DNA from: Eledone cirrhosa
Taxonomy: Eukaryota
Length of the DNA: 64,000 nt
NCBI GenBank assembly: GCA_964016885.1
Contig: OZ024743.1
Span: 202,058,001 to 202,122,000 of the forward strand
Reading direction: 5' to 3'
The notes beneath the pieces were generated by a model. It was not told the origin of the DNA. It made no database searches and saw only the letters and a list, made by a program, of their open reading frames with translations. Below, one piece after another: positions 53,408 through 64,000 of the stretch (position 1 is the stretch's first letter; every line of letters starts with the position of its first letter). A program made the position numbers and the translations under genes.

Positions 53408-53607
53408 GTAGGCACAAGGCCAGTAATTTGGGAGGAGGGGAAAGTCGATTAAATCGATCCTCAGTACGTTACTGGTTTTTTATTTTACCGACCCCGTAAC
53501 GATCAAAGGCAAAGTTAACCTCAGCGGGATGTGAACTCAGACTGTAAAGGGCTATAACTCTATGATACAAAGCATAGTGTCTGACGCTCTACCGATACTG
53601 CCAATCC
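53408..53607 (-). mobile_element. tRNA-derived Nin-type SINE
   Basis: Reverse complement of the 52261-type consensus. Confidence 0.8.
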
Positions 53608-54486
53608 TAAGGAATTTAATGGTAGCGATACAGTTGACTGTTTTGTCATCGGTTTAGCATAAACATTTTTTATCACATTTTTTTATTTCATGTATTAAAT
53701 TATAAACATCTCCGCTGTTTCTGCTTTCTCTTCACAATTCTCTGTTAGTTCAGCCTCTACTTTATGTGTTTTAGTTCCTTTCGAGGCAGATAGTAGATTT
53801 TTATTTTGTACTTCTTTGTAGCTATTCCTAATACTTTTACATGGTTATTTACTAGATATTTAATTCATTTTGTGGACAGAAGAAAAGGGAACTTGTCAAA
53901 TTATGAAGACCAATTGACGAGGTACTATATAGGCATTCACTTACTTTCTTCGACATTAAACTATCTCCGATTTCCTGATAAATTTTGTTGTGAATACATA
54001 TTTAATAGGCAGACACGTATATTGTAAATATCCTATATGCTATAGATAATATTGTGAATATATACATACATTTATATTTATATATAAGAATATAATATAA
54101 AAATCAGAGAACTTGCTTCACAGAGGTGATTTATTATACATTCGCTGTTTCTACTGAACCCTCAACCATTCCTTTACGGAATTATTGAAATATTATACTA
54201 ACACGTCATCTTACACACAGGCCTGCTAGTTTATTGTTGTTACATTTTATTCCATATCAGTAAATCTCCGTTTCAAAAAATGTCTTCTTTCCGTTCTTAG
54301 TCGTGAGTGCTTCCTTCCTGAAATTTTAGGAAATTGTGTATGTGAGACTATATTATCGCAAGCGCCTTTAATTATTAACATTTCAATGAAAATAATTACC
54401 CAGACAAAACTAAGAAGGACCAACAAACAGTAAAATATATTTCTGCTTTTGTTTACGGCTTACTAGTTAATAATTGTTTATACTTT

Positions 54487-54686
54487 AGGCACAAGACCGG
54501 CAATTTGAAGGGGAAGAAAAGTCGATTAAATCGACACCAGTACTTACTGCTGCTTTTATTTTATCGACCCTGTAAGGATGAAAAGTAAAACTAACATTGG
54601 CGGGATTTGAACTCATAACGTAAAGGGCCGTAGCTCTCTGCTGCGAAGCAGGGTGTTCGACGCTCTACAGATTCTGCCAATCCAGC
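54487..54686 (-). mobile_element. tRNA-derived Nin-type SINE
   Basis: Reverse complement of the 52261-type consensus. Confidence 0.8.
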
Positions 54687-55252
54687 TGCAGCTATATTGA
54701 GCGGCATTGGGCAAAATTTTAGCTACTATATTTCGTATGAAGATACGGCGTACGATATTAGAATCACTTTGAGATTTAATCAAGAATTTCGCGGAATTTG
54801 AAATATAAATAACTTTCTCATTATTAAACTGGTGACCACTAAACCACTCGACTTCATGAAAATAGCAACAGTACAAGATTGAAGCAGACATTTCTTATAT
54901 ATTATTCAAACGTTCCATCAAAATGTTCCATGTAAACACGAGTATATCCAACATTTGTTATCAATCTATTTACTGTTATATTCTTCATCCTTTATATACG
55001 GCAGTGCTTTCTGCATCATTTGTTCTTCTCTTTCACATTTAACATTTCAAAGAATGTTTTAATTGTTTTATTTCCACCTTACCTTTCGCTTCCCCTGCCC
55101 CTTGTTTTACCTCTTCTTTATTTTTATCATCATCATCATCATTATCATTAATCGTCTCCTTGTATATATATATATAATGATATTTCACAACCAGTATATA
55201 TATATCTATAATGACATTTCACAACAAAAACGTGACGCACCATACCGTGTCT

Positions 55253-55300
<48 letters not shown>

Positions 55301-56194
55301 CTATATACGTGTATTTGATTATGCGTGGGTGTATGTGTGTGTGGACATCTATCATAGTTTGATAGAGCTATTATGATTTAGTAGATATCTTTCAAACTAC
55401 AATATGCTAACCCATTTAGAGACAAAACACAATAACAAGAATGAAAGATCATAAAAGTAAATTTTAATAAAATTCAATGACGATTTCTGAGCCAGGAAAA
55501 CATTGTATTTAATAGTAGTCAACTGTTTACGAGTATCCTAGGAGATTTCGATGATAACTGAAAAAACTGGCAACCAAATAATAGTGGTGTTACCATTAAC
55601 TTTTGCCTGTGTTGTGTGCTATGCTTTCAACTGGCAGGAAGCAGAGTGCACATAAAAAAGCCAAAGTAACAAAGCATTATCACATTTTCAATAAAAAATA
55701 CATTTATATTGATGCTTCCTGTGTTAGAAAACATCTGGAGCTAGAGGCTGTCGTAATCAGCGTATCTTAGCTACCATCATAGCAAGAGAATGGAATAGTA
55801 GATATATGATGTTCAAAGAGACCATTTAAACCAATGCTTCCCGTGTTAGAAAGCATCTGGAGAGATGAAATGTCGTAATCGTGATATTGGAGTCACCATC
55901 ATAGAATCAAATAATGAAGAAATACGAGGTTTAAGGAGGTTAGTTTTATTTTTAAAATACATACACCGATCAGCAATAAAGAAGTGTTGCGCGAAGTGGA
56001 ATGGCTAATAGTTTATTACTAATCTACACATGCCGCGTGAAGATGAGCGATTTAATTTCTAAGGTGTTCGTCCCATGATTTTACGACTATGTTTTCGATC
56101 AACGGAGGCAAATTGTACTTTTGAGTAACATAATTTATATCGTATCATTCCACGCTAGTCCACATGAAAATTCATTTCACATGAAATTCAAATG

Positions 56195-56352
56195 TCCAGC
56201 CTTGTCCCACACTATGACATGATATAGTTGCAGGGAACTATGTTAAAGGTACACGTGCCTGTGGAGTTCTCAGTCACTCGCCCTGTATGTTGTGTGTAGC
56301 TCGCTCCGTAGATTAAATCAACTGGAAAACTCATCGTCACAACCGAAGGAGA
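56195..56352 (+). mobile_element. SINE 3' body fragment (second family)
   Basis: gtacacgtgcctgtggagttctcag..tcaactgga.. is shared with 5165-5280 and weakly with 8370-8460 and 9660-9780. Confidence 0.55.
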
Positions 56353-57043
56353 TTTCCCAACAACAAACAACACATGACGCACCATACCGTGTCTCAAAAT
56401 ATATGTGACGATTTAAGCTGAGGCCAACAGCTTCTAAATATAAAAATGCAATGTAAAAGTGAGATCTAAAATGTTGTCTTACTTTGGTGTCCTTCATATC
56501 CACACGGCCACACATACGTACGCATACGCATTCAGGTGAAGGAAACTGTGTGTGTGTGAGTATATCCATGTGTGTGTGTTTTTGGCTGCATATGTCCGTT
56601 ATATGTGCTTGTACTAGTCCCATTACTTCTCCCCTTGCTTCTTTTCCTTTTCCCGTAAAATGTTCCAGTTTTCATTGAAATATGTAATAGGTGATATTAC
56701 ACAACATTTAGTTATGATTTCCGTACAACACATCTGCGGAAAACTTTATACCTAAAATGTCTGTGTTTAGAATTTGTATGCTTGAATATTTCAACTAATA
56801 ACGAACAGTACGATGAAGTAATTGATCAAACACAATAGCTGTGCTATGTGGTTGATAATCAATATATTAGTGTCTACTAATGTTCCACATATTCACAGAT
56901 TTTCTGTAATGCATGTTGTAATTTCTGCGACAAGTAATTTATCATATGACAACTTGTTAACAATGTGAATATGTAGATCCTTTTCGATAGCATTCAGATA
57001 GATTTTGAGACTGATGCAGCAACGAACATGGGGGTAATTATTT

Positions 57044-57094
<51 letters not shown>

Positions 57095-57096
<2 letters not shown>

Positions 57097-57455
57097 CGGC
57101 GATGAATTAGTTTTGCGAGGTTTTTTATATGAAATCGTGTGTCGAAACAAATATTGTTATACTTGGGGAGGGTCATATTTGTGTAATATTGCCAGCATTA
57201 ATAACAGAACACACTCACTGTTTGGTTGGTTTTCGCTTCTTGCTTCTGTGTCTTTTATATCGGTAATCTAACTTACTCGGTCCTCAATGTTGCCATTGAC
57301 TGACCGACGATCAGTCAATGGCAACATTGTGGACCGAGTAAGTTAGATTACCGATATAACAGACACAGAAGTGAGAAGCGAAAACCAACCAAACAGTGAG
57401 TGTGTTCTGTTATTAATTCTGGCAATATTACACAAATATGACGCTCCCCAAGTAT

Positions 57456-57461
<6 letters not shown>
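57095..57461. mobile_element. Head-to-head fold-back of the 45645-family 3' end
   Basis: 57152-57304 is inverted at 57311-57461; the left terminus is at the same position as in the 45645 copy. Confidence 0.85.
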
Positions 57462-57492
<31 letters not shown>

Positions 57493-57962
57493 TATATACA
57501 TATATATATATATATTTATATACTAGACATATTTATACATATATATACTATATACTATATATATATATATATATTCATATATAACGAAGGGAGTGTGGTA
57601 AGTAACCACGTGGACCATAACGCACCAAAGTACTGGATACTGGGTAGTAGAGTGGGTAATAGCCGTTTCAAAACAGGCTAGGTCTGAACTAGCTGTTCGG
57701 ACCTATATATATAATAATGATACTATTTATAGTTATGTATATACTATAAACAACTAAAAACAGGAAATGTCAGTAATTTATTACTACCTTATTACCAGTA
57801 AGAGAAATACCTCAATGTAAGAACATCAGGTGTTTTACAGAGCAGCAATATAAATTACACAATTATTAAAGTTATGTTCAAATCATTTTATTGCTGACAA
57901 TCGTTTCTTCCAAACTTTTGTTTAAAGTAATTGGAGCATTAGCAATGTTACAACATTGCTAA

Positions 57963-58009
57963 TGCTCCGATGATTCCAAACGAAAGTTTGGAATAAACGT
58001 ATGTCAGCA
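57963..58009 (+). ncRNA. Hammerhead with U4C core in a fold-back (57867-58036)
   Basis: tgct ccgatga ttccaaac(gaaa)gtttggaa taaa cgtatg tc agca; the other arm keeps GAAA. Confidence 0.58.
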
Positions 58010-58062
58010 ATAACATGATTTGAACTTAACTTTTATAATTGTGTAATTTATATATATATAAA

Positions 58063-58184
<122 letters not shown>

Positions 58185-58323
58185 AAGAGAGAGGGGATAC
58201 CACAACAATGACGCACCAGTAAAATGGCTCATTGTCATAATATTTAAATATTTGTTATCTGTGTAATGTGTGGTAAATACTCATGTATTGATGATTAGAG
58301 TGGTGTTTGGCTTTTACGCAACC

Positions 58324-58363
<40 letters not shown>

Positions 58364-58515
58364 TCACCTTTCTAAAAAATAAATCATACTCAAAACGGCA
58401 GCACTAACAGTTTTGCAAGAGATGTCGACATAAATGGACCTGTTATTTTTATCTAAGGACATTTTTTCCAATTCCATCCAGCGCATCCCCTCAATCTATC
58501 TTATTTCTCATTCTT

Positions 58516-58551
58516 TTTTCTGATGAAGGACTAGCGTCCGAAATGTTAAGA
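58516..58551 (+). ncRNA. Minimal Penelope-type hammerhead
   Basis: tttt ctgatga a ggac(tagc)gtcc gaaa tg tt aaga. Confidence 0.72.
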
Positions 58552-58689
58552 CCCTCTTCCTGCTATATCAAGCGTTAACCGAATATATCCTTCCATATAT
58601 GTACCGATTGTGTTGTTATTACTGTTTACCTTTTACATACATATTTATATATATATCTATATACATATTTAAATATATATCTATATATA

Positions 58690-58749
<60 letters not shown>

Positions 58750-58750
<1 letters not shown>

Positions 58751-59485
58751 TAAAAGATGTCTATAGAATCGCCAGATAAAATATATACCATTTCCCCTCC
58801 CAATTAGCATAATCAACTATATAAAAGATCGTATAGACCAGGCTCTAGAAATCGAATAGACCAAGCTATAAGAATAAGGCTTCTATGAAGAAATCCCCAA
58901 CAAATAACCGAAACTAGCCCTTCGCGTCGGCTGCGACGGAATATTTATCGAATATTTCGACAGCGTAATCGCCCAGATATACAGTTAATTAAACAGAATT
59001 AGGTGTAAAATAAACTAGGAGAAAAGAGAATACATTTATTTACCTCTACCATGGTTTCGTCCGCATTTTGAGATTTCCAATATATTCGGAACTCCGAGCA
59101 TCGGACTCTTCAGGAGTTTGCTCTAATCTTGACATTAAATTTTCCAAAGTGATCGCGCCGAGAACACATTCGAAATGGCTAGGAATCGTGACGTAGGAGC
59201 GGTCAGGTTGGAAGTGGTGTGATAGTTGCTTACGGCTAGGTTTCAGTTATTTGTTGGGGATTTCTTCATAGAAGCCTTATTTTTATAGCCTGGTCTATTC
59301 GATTTTTTATATAGTTGATTATGCTAATTGGGAGAGGAAATGGTATATATTTTATCTGGCGATTCTATAGACATGTTTTATGTTATATAGCTCTTATTAT
59401 TTAATTTATTAACTTTTCATTGAGCCACAATGTGACCCGTTGCAAAACACGTATATGTATGTATATATATATATGTAAACCTTTA
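58750..59485. mobile_element. Head-to-head insertion of the 28595 family
   Basis: 58750-58908 is inverted at 59246-59381; HHR in the minus arm. Confidence 0.8.
59044..59116 (-). ncRNA. Type I hammerhead ribozyme
   Basis: CUC-CUGAAGA-GUCCG...CGGAC-GAAA-CCAUGG-UA-GAG. Confidence 0.9.
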
Positions 59486-59767
59486 TATATATATAGAGAG
59501 AGATAGATATAGATATATATATACATATATACATATAATATATATATATATACAAGTGGAAAGTTAGTAAAATCGAAGTTGTGGGAGCCGGCCACCATCC
59601 GCGGAAAAACAATTCGGTGCTTGCACCAAGCACTCAATATGAATATATCAATACATCGATAGGTTACACCTTAGAGTAATAAACATACCTTAAATAGCGT
59701 GACAAATTGAGAACTGTGGTTAAGGGCACAAAGCTGCAGATGCCACCACAACATGAAAATACAATCA

Positions 59768-59818
<51 letters not shown>

Positions 59819-59844
59819 CACACATACACATACACACACATACC

Positions 59845-59875
<31 letters not shown>

Positions 59876-60001
59876 GGATGTATATATAATGTATTTTGCA
59901 ATACACTTTATGCTTAATTAAAATAATTTTGTAGACCGTATGCTATTGCTTTAGAGTAGTGACAAATTCACTTACTTTAATCTCAGCAAACAGGGGAGAT
60001 A

Positions 60002-60046
60002 AGCCGACAAGACCTTGTTTCACATTTATTGATGCTTATCAAGGCT
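60002..60046 (-). ncRNA. Hammerhead with C3U/G8A core
   Basis: AGCC-UUGAUAA-GCAU(CAAUAA)AUGU-GAAA-CAA(GGUC)UUG-UC-GGCU. Confidence 0.8.
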
Positions 60047-60322
60047 AACTACTCCCTCCTGTCTGCCGAGATTACTGATGTTATATTCTTATAGAATTCT
60101 AGTAAATAATCAGGAACTGATTATACAGAGCGGTTGTTGGTCAGGCAGAAATTAAAAATTAGAATTGGAGCTCTGAAATAGCAATATATATATGGATGTA
60201 TATATAATGTATTTTGCAATACACTTTATGCTTAATTAAAAGCATTTTGAAGACCGTATGCTACTGTTTTAGAGTAGGGACAAATTCACTTACTTTAATC
60301 TCAGCAAACAGGGGGAGTAGTT

Positions 60323-60367
60323 AGCCCTGATAAGCATCAATAAATGCGAAACAAGGTATTGTCGGCT
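60323..60367 (+). ncRNA. Hammerhead, C3/A8 arm copy
   Basis: agcc ctgataa gcat(caataa)atgc gaaa caa(ggta)ttg tc ggct. Confidence 0.75.
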
Positions 60368-60534
60368 TATCTCCCCTGTTTGCTGAGATTAAAGTAAGTG
60401 AAATTGTCACTACTCTAAAACAATAGCCTACGGTCTTCAAAATGCTTTTAATTAAGCATAAAGTGTATTGTAAAATACATTATATATACATCCATATATA
60501 TATTGCTATTTCAGAGCTCCAATTCTAATACATA

Positions 60535-60582
<48 letters not shown>

Positions 60583-60829
60583 CATATATATATATATATA
60601 TTTGTATTTATATATATATAGTTGTCCTGTGCACCCCCTATTTTGAATATATATACAATTTACGGTCGTATAGCTTTTATAGTTATATAATATACACATA
60701 CAGTGCAGTCAAAACAATGAACTCACAGATAAACAAGAGCTTAATCAAACATTAATCCTGTGTATCATTTAATTCTGTTTTGCACTATAACGTGCTTAGC
60801 TGGGATATCAAACTTTGACTGCAGGTAGG

Positions 60830-61234
60830 GCCGCTACTTCTCCGAATTGAGAGATCACTACTCTGATACTATGGGCATGTGGCAAAACTAACAGGTAGGA
60901 GGCCTAGAGGTAGACTCCGAGCAGGTCGTTTGGATAGTATCCATGATCTTGACTGGTCATGCTTGGGGATTCAGTCGGAACAGTTGGAGGTGGTTGCTTC
61001 TGGCAGGACCAGCTAGAAGGAGTGTTTGAGGACTCTCCCCATGACCTGTTCAAGAAGAAGAAGAAGAAGAAGAAGAAGAAGAAGAAGAAGAAGAAGAAGA
61101 AGAAGAAAGAAGAAGAAGAAGAAGAAGAAGAAGAAGAAGAAGAAGAAGAAGAAAAGATAAGAAAGAAGAAGAAGAAGAAGACGAAGACGAAGAAGAAGAA
61201 GAAGAAGAAGAAGAAGAAGAAGAAGAAGAAGAAG
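60830..61234 (+). mobile_element. RTE-type LINE 3' end with (GAA)n tail
   Basis: GRPRGRLRAGRLDSIHDLDWSCLGIQSEQLEVVASGR resembles the RTE C-terminus (GRPRxRWxD..VAxDRxxW); (GAA)n at 61052-61234. Confidence 0.65.
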
Positions 61235-61831
61235 GAGGAGATGATTGCTCAGGGCTTTATCTTTGATCTTTTTAAATTGTCCCTTCGTTTGTATAAAAAA
61301 TGTACGACATGTTGAAATCTATATGAGTATGATCGAGCTGATTAACAAAGAAGGACCGTGTAATTTTTTCTTAAAACAGCAAAATGTGATTTTAGGTTGA
61401 TTTGGCTGCTTCAAGCATTGCGTGCAAACCTGTAGAGGTGCCTAATAATAGTTTTGTTAGGTAATCATTTGTCTTTCATTTGCAATGGATAGGATGCGAT
61501 TACAGGATGAATTGACGTCATTGAAGTTGTTTTTGAATGAATTAAATTATGCTAAGGGCAGTTAAGGAAGGCGATCAATGTCAATGAGCCCAGAGAGAAA
61601 TTCTCAGTGCAGGCTCAAACTAAATATCTTAATACTTCAGCTAAACTAATTAGATCATCTCAACTGAATTGCATCTCAGCTCACGGCAATAATTATATAA
61701 GCAAACTTCCCTAGATTATCTACCTCTGTCTTTACACACACACACATACATACACGCACATACATACACACACACATACACACACATATACACGCACATA
61801 CACACTCATACACACACACACATACACACAA

Positions 61832-61862
<31 letters not shown>

Positions 61863-61922
61863 CATATACACACGCACACACACGTACGCACACACACACA
61901 CACATATATATACATATACACT

Positions 61923-61970
<48 letters not shown>

Positions 61971-61983
61971 CATATACACTCAA

Positions 61984-62050
<67 letters not shown>

Positions 62051-62796
62051 CATTCTGTTCGTGTGATATACAGTAGTTAGTGTTTGTGATTTGAGGAGGA
62101 TTTCGTTTTTATTTCTATCATAGAAGGGCTTCATGAGCCCCTCATTGCCGTTTGTTGTTATTTGATGCAAATTGATATTGTTGAAGGTGTTTCTAAATGT
62201 GTTGCCAGACAATGATTATGCCCCTACATACAAGGTTGTAACGGCAGAGAGAGAGAGAGAGAAAGAGAGAGAGAGGGCAGGAAGAAAGAGAGAGAAACAG
62301 AGAGTGAGAGAGGGTGAGAGAGAGAAACACTAGTGTAACTACTGTTGTGTATTTCAGAATATTCCAATGTTTTTGACAAATGCAAGGGCATAATTGTGCA
62401 TTATGATATGTTTTGAACTAAGATGTTGATGCATTTATTTCCCATATTTATATATAACCAGATATATCGTCATAGATATTATATACATTAAAAAAAAAGT
62501 ATTGTTCAGATCGCTGCAAAATTTTCCTTTTTTTCGTGATTTTGTAAAGAGATTATTCAGCTTGAATGAAAAAAATAATGTGTTACAGCATGCACACACG
62601 GACATATTTACACATTGAGAAACATCAATTCAAAGCGTTCAAAAGGAATATTATGTAACAGTTTCTCTTGCTTATACATTTCATAATACTCCAAGCTTTG
62701 TTACAAATATAGGAGAACAATTTTGCATTTTGCCATACTTTTAACTGATATGGTTTCATTCTGATTTCTTTACATTTATTTTACAAAATGACGCAC

Positions 62797-62894
<98 letters not shown>

Positions 62895-63106
62895 CATCAG
62901 TGATTTGCCAACGATCATTGGTATTTCATCGCATTAAAAATCATATACCTCACGTTGGTGCGACAATAACTAAAATAAGTTATTGGGACAATTGAAACGC
63001 GTAAAGCGAGTGAGACAAGTTAATGCGATGAAATACCAATGATGAGGGACTCATTTTATAACAGTGTAATCCATGTGCAACCATGCAGTATTCTTCTCCC
63101 CATATT

Positions 63107-63197
<91 letters not shown>

Positions 63198-63219
63198 TTT
63201 ATATACATAAACATTTATA

Positions 63220-63266
<47 letters not shown>

Positions 63267-63699
63267 ACCTTAATGTGACAAGGGTTTACAATTCCTAACT
63301 CCTATTAACCTAAGTATATATATATATGTAAGTATGTATATACAAATGGAAGTTTAGTAAAATCGAAGCTTCGGCTGTAGGCAAGCCAACGAGATACAAT
63401 CATGAATTATGCAGCCAAACACTCCATGAGGAATCTCAGAGTAATAACATTCGTTATACGGCATGACAAATTGAAAACTGTGGCAGGCAAGACCAGCCGC
63501 GACACCGAAGCAACAAATAAACACCAACAATTTAATAAACAAACGTGGACCATCTCGGAGGCAGATCGTCGTTTCTCCGATAGGTTTCTATGAATTCAAA
63601 ATCAACAATCCTACTTGCGCAAGTATGCAAATTTTTGGTGTTTGAAGACCGAACTGAGGATTCTTGTTATCAACGGGTTTCCGTTCTTGACTCGGTGTG

Positions 63700-64000
63700 G
63701 TATGAAGTAGTAAGCCATTGTTGTTAGCAGCGGTTAATGCCTCAACTATCACGTGCTTTTTTCCAATAAGGAAAATATCCCCGGGTTTTTGGCGGGTAAA
63801 TTCAAAATGTGAACAAAATGTGAACAGTCCACTACAAAATAGATGCCTGGAATCAAGTATAGTGTACGTGTGTACGATCAAATCAGGCAACGTAGCATGG
63901 CACTACTCAGGTTCTACTGCTGAGGAATTAAAAAAAGATGGTATGTAGATAGACATTCTATAAAAAAAACCGTAGACTAGAGAACTCCACGACCCTGGCC
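63700..64000 (+). mobile_element. Decayed Naiad-type GIY-YIG fragment running off the window
   Basis: PLQNRCLESSIVYVCTIKS..HYSGSTAEELKK parallels CPLKGNCLINNIIYKCVIS..SYIGAT near 38455. Confidence 0.7.

Larger units (their letters stand above)
59873..60528. mobile_element. Retrozyme-like element: 318-nt unit (about 1.4 copies, minus) plus inverted arm
   Basis: Direct repeat 59873 vs 60191; inversion near 60312; HHR in each arm. Confidence 0.85.

Noticed and set aside
53930-54035. Possible minus-strand exon ending in GTAAGT
   Set aside because: All three frames from the nearest plausible acceptor contain stops
60959-61315. Poly-Lys/Glu ORF
   Set aside because: (GAA)n tail of a LINE fragment
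62891-63045. Hammerhead remnant (gaaa cgcg ta) between 23-bp inverted repeats
   Set aside because: 5' core unrecognisable; likely a decayed PLE end but not supportable as a ribozyme

Overview
Eukaryotic, very AT-rich, microsatellite-saturated DNA. The SINE repertoire and (TA)n load look like a coleoid cephalopod such as Octopus; this is an inference. No host protein-coding exon could be supported, and most short ORFs in the track are (TA)n/(CA)n artefacts. Supported content: one tRNA-Phe(GAA) copy with CpG-type lesions; a GC-rich L1/Tx1-type LINE (ORF1 plus an open 1145-aa ORF2) between (TATC)n tracts; several decayed Penelope-like elements (PLEs, mostly Naiad-type RT + GIY-YIG); and RLE-LINE, RTE, mariner and tRNA-SINE fragments. 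The dominant hidden signal is about 35 type-I hammerhead ribozyme (HHR) motifs read by eye, from well over a dozen sequence families. They lie in PLE 3' ends and in non-coding 318-551 nt tandem units (retrozyme-like), almost all inserted in (TA)n, often as head-to-head fold-backs. Highlights: (1) a three-subfamily retrozyme group with covarying HHR stems and a conserved octamer-containing block; (2) a multicopy family whose HHR core has a fixed U4A change; (3) repeated C3U/G8A cores; (4) insertion arms that repeatedly break inside HHR stem II. All structures were read manually; none was folded computationally or tested.
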